Source: Nitrososphaerota archaeon (GTDB taxonomy: Archaea; Thermoproteota; Nitrososphaeria_A; Caldarchaeales; Calditenuaceae). Taken from it: a DNA stretch of 64,000 nucleotides. The DNA lies in NCBI GenBank assembly GCA_041641295.1, contig JBEPYO010000001.1, positions 32,001-96,000 of the forward strand, in the 5' to 3' direction. The notes under the pieces were generated by a model. The model was not told the origin of the DNA. It ran no database searches and saw only the letters and a program-made list of their open reading frames with translations. Shown in pieces: positions 37,102 through 45,709 of the stretch. The stretch's first letter is position 1; every line of letters starts with the position of its first letter. Both the position numbers and the translations under genes were made by a program.

Positions 37102-40100
37102 AAAGGTCCTTCTAATAGGCTCCGGCGGAATTAAAATCGCAGAGGCTGCCGAGTTCGACTACAGTGGAAGCCAAGCGTTAAAGGCGCTCAAGGGCGAGGG
37201 AATAACTACAATCCTCGTCAACCCCAACATAGCCACAATCCAGACCACACACCTCCTCGCAGACCGAGTATACCTGACCCCAATCACTGTAGAGTATCTG
37301 GAGAAGATAATTGAGAGGGAGCAGCCCGACGGTATTATGGTAGGCTTCGGCGGCCAGAGCGCCCTCAGCGCAGGCGTCCAGCTCTACCGGAAGGGAGTGC
37401 TGGACAAGTATGGTGTAAAAGTCTTGGGCACTCCTATAGAAGGGATTGAAGCGGCATTAACTCGGTCAATATTCCGTGAAACAATGCTTAAGGCTGGCCT
37501 CCCAGTACCACCATCAAAGCCTGCAAACAGCATTAAAGAAGCGGTGGCGGCGGCGGATGAGGTTGGATACCCGGTAATAGTTCGTGTAAGCTTTAACTTG
37601 GGCGGTAGGGGGTCCTTCGTAGCGTATAGGAGAGAGGAGCTGGAAGCAAAGCTTACTAGGGCATTCTCCCACAGCATAGTTGGTAATGTACTGGTTGAGA
37701 AGTACTTGGAGAAGTGGAAGGAGATAGAGTATGAGGTGATGAGGGATAGGGCTGGTAATATGGTGGCGGTTGCCTGTCTTGAGAACATCGACCCAATGGG
37801 TGTTCACACGGGCGAGTCGCTAGTCGTGGCACCCAGCCAAACATTGACGGACAGCGAATACCAGACACTCAGATCAGCCTCCTTTGGGGTCGCATCTGCG
37901 ATAAAGCTGGTGGGTGAGTGTAACGTCCAGCTTGCACTCCAGCAGATGACAGGAGAATACTATGTGATAGAGACAAACCCCCGTATGTCGCGGAGCAGCG
38001 CGCTGGCGAGTAAGGCAACAGGCTACCCCCTCGCATACATAGCTGCAAAACTATGCCTTGGATACCTACTCGACGAGCTACTCAACATGATTACGGGGAG
38101 CACTACGGCATTCTTCGAGCCAAGCCTTGACTATGTCGTGTTGAAGGCACCCCGCTGGGACCTAGACAAGTTCTGGCCAAGAGACGAGATCTTGGGTTCA
38201 GAGATGATGAGCATAGGGGAAGTGATGGCTATTGGCAGAAACATGGAGGAGGTCTACCAGAAGGCTTTCAGGATGCTAGACATTGGAGTTTTGGGACTGG
38301 TTGACAACGACACATTCACTCCTGAGGACCTATCAGCAGTCATGGAGCGGCTCAAACAGTTTAGACCCTACTGGCTCCGGGACGTTGCTAAAGCCCTATA
38401 CCTCGGTGCGACGATTGATCAGATATCCAGTATAACCGGTGTTGACAAGTTCTTCCTCAAACCCGTGGAGAAAATAGTCAACATTGCCAAACTCATTAGA
38501 AAGGCCGACTCACTCAAGCAGGAGTCTAGGGAAGTCCTCTTTAGAGAGGCTCTGAAGGCAGGATTTACTGCAGAACAGATAGCCGCAATTTCTGGGAAGA
38601 GATATGAGGAGGTTAAGGAGGCCTTTCGGACTAATGGCTGGAATCCTTGGCTCAAGAATATCGATACCCTGGCCGGTGAGAAGCCCGCAGTAACCAACTA
38701 CTCCTACACAACATATTCGGGGATGACTCACGACGTCTTAAGTCAGGGCCCTGACGGCCTACTCCTCGTGCTTGGCGCCGGGTGCTTCAGGATTGGAGTG
38801 TCTGTGGAGTTTGACTGGGGCACTGTTAACATTTACAAGAATTTGAAGGAAATGGGAAAGCGTGCGGCCATAATAAATTACAATCCCGAGACAGTCTCTA
38901 CGGACTGGGACATAGTCGACTTCCTCATAAACTCCGAGCTCACCCCGGAGGCAATACAGGATATAGCTTCGATACAGAGCTGCGGCGGCGTAATTATCTC
39001 ATCGGCGGGGCAGATAGGGAACAACGTCGCGGAAGAGTTGGACAGGAGGGGTGTACCAATCCTAGGGAGCCAGCCCTCTTCTGTCGGGCGTGCGGAGAAC
39101 CGCTCGAAATTTAGCAAGCTCCTAGAGGAGCTCGGAATAAAGCAGCCGCGCTGGGCCACAGTCACAGACTTGGCGAGACTCCCCAAGATAGCGGAGGAGG
39201 TCGGATACCCAGTCATCCTGCGCCCCAGCTACATCCTCAGCGGGACATCCGTCTTCATAGCCTATGACGAAGACGAGCTGAAAGACCTCATGGGAAAACT
39301 CTCAAGACATACCGACAAACCCGTAGTTGTTAGCCACTTCATCGAAGACGCGGTGGAGGCTGAGGTTGACTGTATCTCAGACGGCTCTGAAGTGCTTATG
39401 CTTCCAATGGATCACGTAGAATATGCGGGTGTCCATAGCGGCGACGCGACAATTTCCATCCCGCCCTATAGGACCAGTGAGAGGACGTTAGCCAAGATAG
39501 CGGAATATACAGGCCTAATCGCGAATGCCCTCCAAGTTAAGGGGCCATTCAACATACAGTACCTAGTCAAAGACGGCGAAGTCTATGTGATCGAGTGTAA
39601 TCTGAGGTGCAGCCGTTCAATGCCCTTTAGCAGCAAAGTCTACAACATAGACCTTCTGGGCTATGGGACTAGGTGCATACTTGGTGAGAGACTATCTCTT
39701 ACCGACGATAGATTGGAGGAGATATCTGACAGGGTGTTTGCGCCACTGCAGCTTATCTGGGGAGTGAAGTCTCCGCAGTTCTCGTGGGCACAGATCCGGG
39801 GGTCATACCCGTTCTTGGGCCCCGAAATGAGGAGTACTGGTGAAGTTGCCGCGCTTGGGCTTGAGTTCCACGAGGCCCTGCTCAAGAGCTGGCTCTCCGC
39901 CACACCTAACACAATTCCTCCGAAAGATACACCTATACTTATCTACCCAGACTCGCAGAGGACTACGCCTCGGCTAAAGTCGGTGGCCGAGGTATTGAGA
40001 GAGGCTGGCTACGAGGTTTTAACTCTGGAGGAGTCGCCTATTCCGGGTGTTCCGGAGATTCGGGGAGAGACTGCTGTGAAGGCAATTAGGATGAGGCGGA

Positions 40101-40351
40101 TCGGCATGCTGATCAGCTCCGGGTACATACCCCAGATAGACTATGACGTAAGGCGGGCTGCGGTCGACCATAACATACCTGTCATTCTTAACGCCGAGCT
40201 AGCCCTGGAGATTTCAAAGGCATTAAAGAGGCTATCCGATGAGACACTGAAGCTGACCGTCATGGAGCTGGGAGAGCTTTGGGAGATTAACCGCCAAAGA
40301 ATCTTACCCCTCCTACTTGAGCGCAGGAGGGATACAGAGGTCCTCAAATAG
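37088..40351 (+). CDS. carB: Carbamoyl-phosphate synthase large subunit
   Basis: EFDYSGSQA, GVHTGES, ETNPRMSRSSALASKATGYP, NPETVSTD, GVHSGD, duplicated ATP-grasp domains. Confidence 0.97.
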   Translation: METVRKVLLIGSGGIKIAEAAEFDYSGSQALKALKGEGITTILVNPNIATIQTTHLLADRVYLTPITVEYLEKIIEREQPDGIMVGFGGQSALSAGVQLYRKGVLDKYGVKVLGTPIEGIEAALTRSIFRETMLKAGLPVPPSKPANSIKEAVAAADEVGYPVIVRVSFNLGGRGSFVAYRREELEAKLTRAFSHSIVGNVLVEKYLEKWKEIEYEVMRDRAGNMVAVACLENIDPMGVHTGESLVVAPSQTLTDSEYQTLRSASFGVASAIKLVGECNVQLALQQMTGEYYVIETNPRMSRSSALASKATGYPLAYIAAKLCLGYLLDELLNMITGSTTAFFEPSLDYVVLKAPRWDLDKFWPRDEILGSEMMSIGEVMAIGRNMEEVYQKAFRMLDIGVLGLVDNDTFTPEDLSAVMERLKQFRPYWLRDVAKALYLGATIDQISSITGVDKFFLKPVEKIVNIAKLIRKADSLKQESREVLFREALKAGFTAEQIAAISGKRYEEVKEAFRTNGWNPWLKNIDTLAGEKPAVTNYSYTTYSGMTHDVLSQGPDGLLLVLGAGCFRIGVSVEFDWGTVNIYKNLKEMGKRAAIINYNPETVSTDWDIVDFLINSELTPEAIQDIASIQSCGGVIISSAGQIGNNVAEELDRRGVPILGSQPSSVGRAENRSKFSKLLEELGIKQPRWATVTDLARLPKIAEEVGYPVILRPSYILSGTSVFIAYDEDELKDLMGKLSRHTDKPVVVSHFIEDAVEAEVDCISDGSEVLMLPMDHVEYAGVHSGDATISIPPYRTSERTLAKIAEYTGLIANALQVKGPFNIQYLVKDGEVYVIECNLRCSRSMPFSSKVYNIDLLGYGTRCILGERLSLTDDRLEEISDRVFAPLQLIWGVKSPQFSWAQIRGSYPFLGPEMRSTGEVAALGLEFHEALLKSWLSATPNTIPPKDTPILIYPDSQRTTPRLKSVAEVLREAGYEVLTLEESPIPGVPEIRGETAVKAIRMRRIGMLISSGYIPQIDYDVRRAAVDHNIPVILNAELALEISKALKRLSDETLKLTVMELGELWEINRQRILPLLLERRRDTEVLK

Positions 40352-40375
40352 TATTTATCAAGCGGCTAACAGGCC

Positions 40376-40804
40376 GTGATTGATATGGTTGAGCGGACAT
40401 TCATCATGTTGAAGCCCAGTGCGGTCTCGAGGGGGTTGGTTGGAAGCATCATTTCTCGGTTCGAGGCGAAGGGGCTGAGGATAGCCGCTCTCAAACTCGT
40501 GAGAGTTAAGAGAGAGATGGCTGAGAAACTCTACGCCGTCCACTTCGGAAAACCATTCTACCAATCGCTCATAGACTCAATCAGTGGTAAAGATGTCGTT
40601 GTGGCTATACTCGAGGGTAGGAGCGCCATCGAGGTTGTGAGGCTCATGATAGGGGCGACTGACCCTGTAAAGGCAAGTCCGGGGACAATCCGCGGCGACT
40701 ACGGCCTAGACATAACAAACAACATAATACACGCCTCCGACAGTCCAGACTCATACGAATATGAGCACAGGATATTCTTCTCCCAAGAAGAGATTCTCGA
40801 CTAG
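40376..40804 (+). CDS. ndk: Nucleoside diphosphate kinase
   Basis: ERTFIMLKP, PGTIRGD, NIIHASDS. Confidence 0.97.
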   Translation: MIDMVERTFIMLKPSAVSRGLVGSIISRFEAKGLRIAALKLVRVKREMAEKLYAVHFGKPFYQSLIDSISGKDVVVAILEGRSAIEVVRLMIGATDPVKASPGTIRGDYGLDITNNIIHASDSPDSYEYEHRIFFSQEEILD

Positions 40805-40996
40805 CTAGGCCCGCCTCTCCTTACCGTAATAGGCAGTCCACTTAATCTTTCTCGGATCCTTCTTGTGCTTCGTCATGTAGACGAAGCACCTCCTGCTGCA
40901 AAACCAGTTGAGAGCCCCATCCCTACGCACCAACAATAGGCCCGTGCCGTGGACAAAACTCCTCCCGCAAAAGCTGCATGTATGCATGGTAGGCAC
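40805..40996 (-). CDS. rpl24e: 50S ribosomal protein L24e
   Basis: CSFCG..GTG..FCSRRC..PRKIKWT; GTG 40996 after GGAGG; conserved rpl7ae-rps28e-rpl24e-ndk context. Confidence 0.93.
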   Translation of the reverse strand: MPTMHTCSFCGRSFVHGTGLLLVRRDGALNWFCSRRCFVYMTKHKKDPRKIKWTAYYGKERRA

Positions 40997-41007
40997 GCAC
41001 CCTCCCC

Positions 41008-41211
41008 TCACTTAATCTTCTCGGCTTCCCTCTCAGTGTCCATCAATATCAAGACGTCTCCAATCCGCACGGGCCCCTTCACATTCCTCGTAATCACTCT
41101 TCCAGCATCGGGGCCCTCGAGTATCCGGACCCTAACCTGAGTAACATCACCCCTAACGCCTGTCCTCCCGACGACCTGCTCCACAACCGCAGGGACTCCT
41201 TGGCTGCTCAT
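41008..41211 (-). CDS. rps28e: 30S ribosomal protein S28e
   Basis: [31 protein letters not shown]-like motif. Confidence 0.96.
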   Translation of the reverse strand: MSSQGVPAVVEQVVGRTGVRGDVTQVRVRILEGPDAGRVITRNVKGPVRIGDVLILMDTEREAEKIK

Positions 41212-41246
41212 GGCTTCTTAGCCAGCCTCAAAGAATAGGGTAGAAA

Positions 41247-41639
41247 CTATTTAACGCTAACCTGCCGCCTAATCGTCTCGAGCTGCTTCAGAATCTCCTC
41301 AAAATATGTCTTGGCCTCCCCGACATCTATTATCGAGACCGAGCTGGCAGAGACCTCGAGCCCCGCAGCCCTTCCTAGGTCCTCCTTCTTAGGAACATAG
41401 ATGTATGGTATCTTCTTCTCTTCGCAGAGGGACGGTAGGAAGGCGACGATCTCGGGTGGGTCAACATTTTCAGCTATGACAACCAGCTTGGCCTGTCCCC
41501 GCTCAATCGACTTGATAACCTCGTTCACGCCCTTCCTGATCTTTCCAGTCTCTCTAGCCATCTTCACTATCTCGAGTGTTGCGTTAGCCAGCTCTGGCGG
41601 CGTCTTAAACTTGACAAAGAAGCTTAGCTCGGGTGTCAT
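41247..41639 (-). CDS. rpl7ae: 50S ribosomal protein L7Ae
   Basis: [28 protein letters not shown]. Confidence 0.96.
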   Translation of the reverse strand: MTPELSFFVKFKTPPELANATLEIVKMARETGKIRKGVNEVIKSIERGQAKLVVIAENVDPPEIVAFLPSLCEEKKIPYIYVPKKEDLGRAAGLEVSASSVSIIDVGEAKTYFEEILKQLETIRRQVSVK

Positions 41640-41710
41640 TGCTAAGCACCGGTGAACTTATCAGTCTGGCGCATGATATATATTTGTTTCCTGCGGCGTG
41701 TCTCTGGGAT

Positions 41711-43105
41711 TTATAGATATGGCGTAACGCCGCCCCTCATGAACGGCACGAAGTTTACGATGGTGAGGGCGACGTGGAGTATTCCTTTCAGATAGTTCTC
41801 TATCGAGATGCTCTCGTCTGGTGCGTGGACGTTTGACTGGTGGTCTCCAATACCTGCGGCTACACATGGCATCTGGAGGAGTTCTGTGACTAGGTACATT
41901 GGACCGGAGCCTGCTGAGGATGGGTAGATGATTGGCTTCATCCCGTACGCAGATTCCGCGGTCCTAGCTATGAGCTGGACAAAGGGCTCGCTCGGATGCG
42001 TCCTAGCCGCCGGATAACCCATGTCCAAAGGCACAACCGAGACTCTACCACCACTCACCCTCTCCACATGCCTCTTGACCAGCTCCAATACTCTCTCAGG
42101 CCTCATCCCTGGAACAAGCCTTATGTCGATCTTGGCGAAGGCTGAGCTTGGTAGGACTGTCTTTGAACCATGCCCAGTATAGCCTGACTGTATGCCGCAG
42201 ATGTTGATGCACGGCATGAGTGTGAGGTCGAAGAGCAGCTCCTTAGCCGATTTATTTGATAAGAGTCCTTCATCCCCGACGATGGCTCTAACCTCGGACT
42301 CGAAACCACTCAGCTCCTCCAGTAGCGCGACTGTCTCGCTATCTGGCATCTGAACGTCGTCGTAGAATCCTTCAATCAATACGCGCCCACTCCTGTCCCT
42401 CATAGAGGAGAGAAGGTGGACTAGCTCGAATGCGGGGTTCCTCACGATAGCCCCCCAAGATGAGTGGAGGTCAGGCCTCTTCTCAGAGGCGTGGAGCTCA
42501 AGGTATAGTATGCCTTTCGCTCCTAGGTAGATGTGTGGTCTACCGTCGGGGCTGGCCCCTCCCATCTCCCATAGGCAGGCATCGGCGCTTAGAATCTCTC
42601 TATGATTTTGGAAGAATTTGCTAAGGTGTGGACTTCCGATCTCCTCCTCACCCTCTATTAGAAACTTGATGTTCAGAGGGACTTCGCCGATGGTGTCTAG
42701 TAGCAGGTCTATAGCACATAGCCTTGCGGCAAGGTTACCCTTATTGTCGCAAGCACCTCTAGCGTATACTCTTTCATTTCTGATGGTTGGCTGGAATGGT
42801 GGTGAGGTCCACTTCTCGAGTGGGTCAGGTGGCTGGACGTCGTAGTGGTTGTAAATTAGGAGGGTGCCGTGCCGCTCCTCCCTAAGCTCCCCCCACACAA
42901 TTGGATAGCCTCCATGATCTGTGAAAATGTCGCTTCTAAGCCCTACCTTCTCCAACACCTCCGCTACACGGCCTGCCGCCTCCTCCATCCCTTCGCCCGT
43001 GGCCGAGACGCTTGGAAAGCTCAGCAGACTCTTTAAAAGCTGGAGATACTCCCCCCGCTTCTCGTTTATTCTATGCCAAAGCTCCCCTGTTATCCCGCTC
43101 ATCAT
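41711..43105 (-). CDS. M20/M25/M40 family metallopeptidase
   Basis: YNHYDVQP, ARGACDNKG, EGEEEIGS, DLHS, HAPDE. Confidence 0.92.
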   Translation of the reverse strand: MMSGITGELWHRINEKRGEYLQLLKSLLSFPSVSATGEGMEEAAGRVAEVLEKVGLRSDIFTDHGGYPIVWGELREERHGTLLIYNHYDVQPPDPLEKWTSPPFQPTIRNERVYARGACDNKGNLAARLCAIDLLLDTIGEVPLNIKFLIEGEEEIGSPHLSKFFQNHREILSADACLWEMGGASPDGRPHIYLGAKGILYLELHASEKRPDLHSSWGAIVRNPAFELVHLLSSMRDRSGRVLIEGFYDDVQMPDSETVALLEELSGFESEVRAIVGDEGLLSNKSAKELLFDLTLMPCINICGIQSGYTGHGSKTVLPSSAFAKIDIRLVPGMRPERVLELVKRHVERVSGGRVSVVPLDMGYPAARTHPSEPFVQLIARTAESAYGMKPIIYPSSAGSGPMYLVTELLQMPCVAAGIGDHQSNVHAPDESISIENYLKGILHVALTIVNFVPFMRGGVTPYL

Positions 43106-43230
43106 GGCTATGGGGTTCGCGCCCGCCGATAAGTCTTGAGGTTTGGCCTAACTGGGATAATCTCCAGTGGAAGGACTGGTAATAACATATATCGGCTCCT
43201 TTTACTATATTTATAGCAGGGTGACTGACC

Positions 43231-43587
43231 ATGCCTAAGCTCCAGACCGGCACCGTAATAGTGGGATACTATGCCACTAAGATTCGCCGGACACTCTTCG
43301 CACAGAACAGAGAACTGCTAAAGACTGGCCAGCTCGAGGCCAGCGAGATAGCTAGAGCAGCGGGAGAGCTGAACCAGAAGCTCTACACAGCACTAGTCGA
43401 GAAGCTAGTGCTTTCAAAAGGGGACATCGTGAGGATCGAGATAGAGTACGCAGTAGAGAACTCCAAGATCGTTTGGAATTTTGACACACTGAAGGTAAGT
43501 GTATACAGGCGGGTAGACCCGGACACGGTTGAGGCCGCTCTAAGGGCTATACGACAAGAGAAGCTGCAGGTAGAGGCTGATGGATGA
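43231..43587 (+). CDS. DUF2258 / ThermoDBP-related nucleic-acid-binding protein
   Basis: LQTGTVIVGYYATKIRRTLFA..AAGELNQKLY..KGDIVRIEIEY..IVWN pattern. Confidence 0.75.
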   Translation: MPKLQTGTVIVGYYATKIRRTLFAQNRELLKTGQLEASEIARAAGELNQKLYTALVEKLVLSKGDIVRIEIEYAVENSKIVWNFDTLKVSVYRRVDPDTVEAALRAIRQEKLQVEADG

Positions 43588-44522
43588 GGCCGCCCGAGGA
43601 GGTCCTCCTCAAGTATATCCTTCCAAACATTAGGGGCCTGCTGGCACACACACTGAGGAGGAGAGGCTACAGCCAATCAAGAATATCTGCAGTGCTGGGT
43701 GTAAGCCAGGCCGCGGTAAGTGGCTATCTCTCGCGAAGCGCATCCACATATTCCGACAGACTTAGGAGCTTCGGAATACCGGACGAGGAAATAGATGCCT
43801 TGGCTAACTCTTTGGCCAGCGCGGCAGCGGAGGGGGCTCCCAGATTAACCCAAGTACTCCACATGGCTTGGAGAAGACTACTCTCCAACGGCCACATCTG
43901 CAGGCTACACAGGAGACTCTATCCCGAACTAGCAGATTGCGAGGTCTGCATCGGCATCGAGGTGAGGTTGCCTCTCGAGAGGGAGAGAATTCTGGAGGAT
44001 CTTAGACTCGCAGCCGAGTTGGTGGAGCGCTCCCCCGAACTCTTACTCCTATATCCTGAGGTCTCGATAAACATTGCAACTGCTTTGGATAACGCTTCGA
44101 GTCTTAACGACATAGCTGCTTTTCCAGGCAGAATAGTTAGGATCGGTGCAAGGATGGTCCCAGTCAGCAAGCCTGCATTCGGTGCCTCAAAACACTTGGC
44201 CTCCATCCTCCTCGGCAGCATCAGGATCAACGCCGATAAGAAGAGTATCATGAATCTGAAGATGGTCAAGGGGGTGGAAGAGGTGATAAAGAAGGCCGGC
44301 CTCGTAGCGGTCAGCACCAAACCTAATGAGAGGGTGAGGAGTGAGGAAGAAGTGGTCTTTGACGTGATTGAGGCATTGAAGAGGAATCCCGCGGCGGATG
44401 TGGTGCTTGATGAGGGGGGTGTGGGGTTGGAGCCAGCCATCTATGTTTTCGGAAGAACCCCCATAGAAGTTGTAAACAAGGCCTGCAGCATAGCGAGACA
44501 GCTGAAAGAGTCTGGGTCTTAA
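43584..44522 (+). CDS. HTH + thiamine-phosphate synthase (ThiN-like) domain protein, ThiR-like regulator
   Basis: SQSRISAVLGVSQAAVSGYL HTH; CRLH..CEVC; PEVSINI, AAFPGRI, FGASKHLA, DEGGVGLEP. Confidence 0.8.
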   Translation: MRPPEEVLLKYILPNIRGLLAHTLRRRGYSQSRISAVLGVSQAAVSGYLSRSASTYSDRLRSFGIPDEEIDALANSLASAAAEGAPRLTQVLHMAWRRLLSNGHICRLHRRLYPELADCEVCIGIEVRLPLERERILEDLRLAAELVERSPELLLLYPEVSINIATALDNASSLNDIAAFPGRIVRIGARMVPVSKPAFGASKHLASILLGSIRINADKKSIMNLKMVKGVEEVIKKAGLVAVSTKPNERVRSEEEVVFDVIEALKRNPAADVVLDEGGVGLEPAIYVFGRTPIEVVNKACSIARQLKESGS

Positions 44523-44539
44523 GATTTGCGCCTGCTATG

Positions 44540-45499
44540 CTACGCGGTCTGAATTCTCCGCAGTATGTTGTTTAGGGCTTCTGTCAGGGCTTCCTTCAAC
44601 TTTTTAGCCGTCAGCACGCCACTCCTCCAGTCTTGGACAAACTCGCTATAATCGCTATATGTCTTCCCGCCCGCCTCGAAAACGCCAAGCCAAGGGAAAA
44701 CAACACGCTCCACAATCATTGTCAAAGGATTGTTCTCCAGTTCTCGTTCAGGGCAAAAGGCCTGGAAAACCTTTCTTGAGACCTCTTCCTCCCCATCATC
44801 GAGGAATATGGCGTTGTCAAGGCTCTTCGACATTTTCGCCCCGCCGTCAAGCCCTAGGATAATAGGTGTATGAATTGCCACAGGTTTAGGATATCCGAGC
44901 TTTCTAAGATACTCCCGCGCCATAACGTGGATCTTTCTCTGATCCATGCCTCCCACGGCGACATTTACCCCTAAATAGCCTATGTCTAGACATTGCATAA
45001 GCGCGTAAATCTCAGACCCGACCTTATACATGACATCCTTCTTGCTAATCATGTCCATGGCTTTTCTAGCCTCTGATGCTGTAACCAGCTTGGCTAGACG
45101 CATCAACTCTTTAACATAGCCTTCACTGAGCTGGTAACTTGAACCGTAGACAAACTCGACGTTTAAGCTCTCCACACCTCGAGACTTAACCACCTTTGAG
45201 AGGAGCTCCTGGTTCTGCCTCGCAACCTCCTTAAGATGTTCCAGCTCGCCCTTGTCGTTAAGCCATCCGTGAATATCTGCTAGAAGAAACTTTGTCTTAA
45301 AACCTGCTTTGGCAAGCCGGATTAGCGGCTCACAGGCCACCAGTGTACCCAAGTGTAGAATATTGCTTGGCTCGATCCCGATGTAGGCCTGAACCTTACC
45401 GGTCTCAAGAATGCTGTTAAATTCTTCCAAGGTTAAGACCTCCACAGATACGCTGCTTATGGACTTGGCGACCTCCTCCGGCGTTGCCCTAGCTGTCAT
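44540..45499 (-). CDS. tyrS: Tyrosine--tRNA ligase (archaeal type)
   Basis: YIGIEPS..HLG, LADIHG.LN, YALMQCLD, GGMDQRKIH, KMSKS. Confidence 0.95.
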   Translation of the reverse strand: MTARATPEEVAKSISSVSVEVLTLEEFNSILETGKVQAYIGIEPSNILHLGTLVACEPLIRLAKAGFKTKFLLADIHGWLNDKGELEHLKEVARQNQELLSKVVKSRGVESLNVEFVYGSSYQLSEGYVKELMRLAKLVTASEARKAMDMISKKDVMYKVGSEIYALMQCLDIGYLGVNVAVGGMDQRKIHVMAREYLRKLGYPKPVAIHTPIILGLDGGAKMSKSLDNAIFLDDGEEEVSRKVFQAFCPERELENNPLTMIVERVVFPWLGVFEAGGKTYSDYSEFVQDWRSGVLTAKKLKEALTEALNNILRRIQTA

Positions 45500-45690
45500 T
45501 CCAGCCTTAGCTCTTTCCGGCGGCTATATATTCTAATATCCACCCGGTGCCGGGGTCTCAGCCCTCACTTTCGGATGTGGAGGACACACTGACAAGCTCA
45601 TGGCCAACAGCCGACCAGACAACGGTATTCTCTCTTTCGGGGAGGTGTGTGAAAACTCTTAAAAATGTGTTCCGACAAACGAGTTATATG

Positions 45691-45709
45691 AGGCCCACGT
45701 AGTGGGCCT
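45691..45709. promoter_or_regulatory. Perfect inverted repeat immediately after the TATA box of the RNR gene
   Basis: AGGCCCAC-GTA-GTGGGCCT following TTATAT (45684-45689). Confidence 0.4.

Noticed and set aside
41636-41680. Autoregulatory K-turn in the rpl7ae leader
   Set aside because: CTGA and TAAG/CTTA elements exist, but I could not build a K-turn with a standard 3-nt bulge and tandem GA pairs
45541-45700. Cobalamin riboswitch upstream of the B12-dependent RNR
   Set aside because: The conserved B12-box and GGGAA/GCCACTG elements are not recognisable
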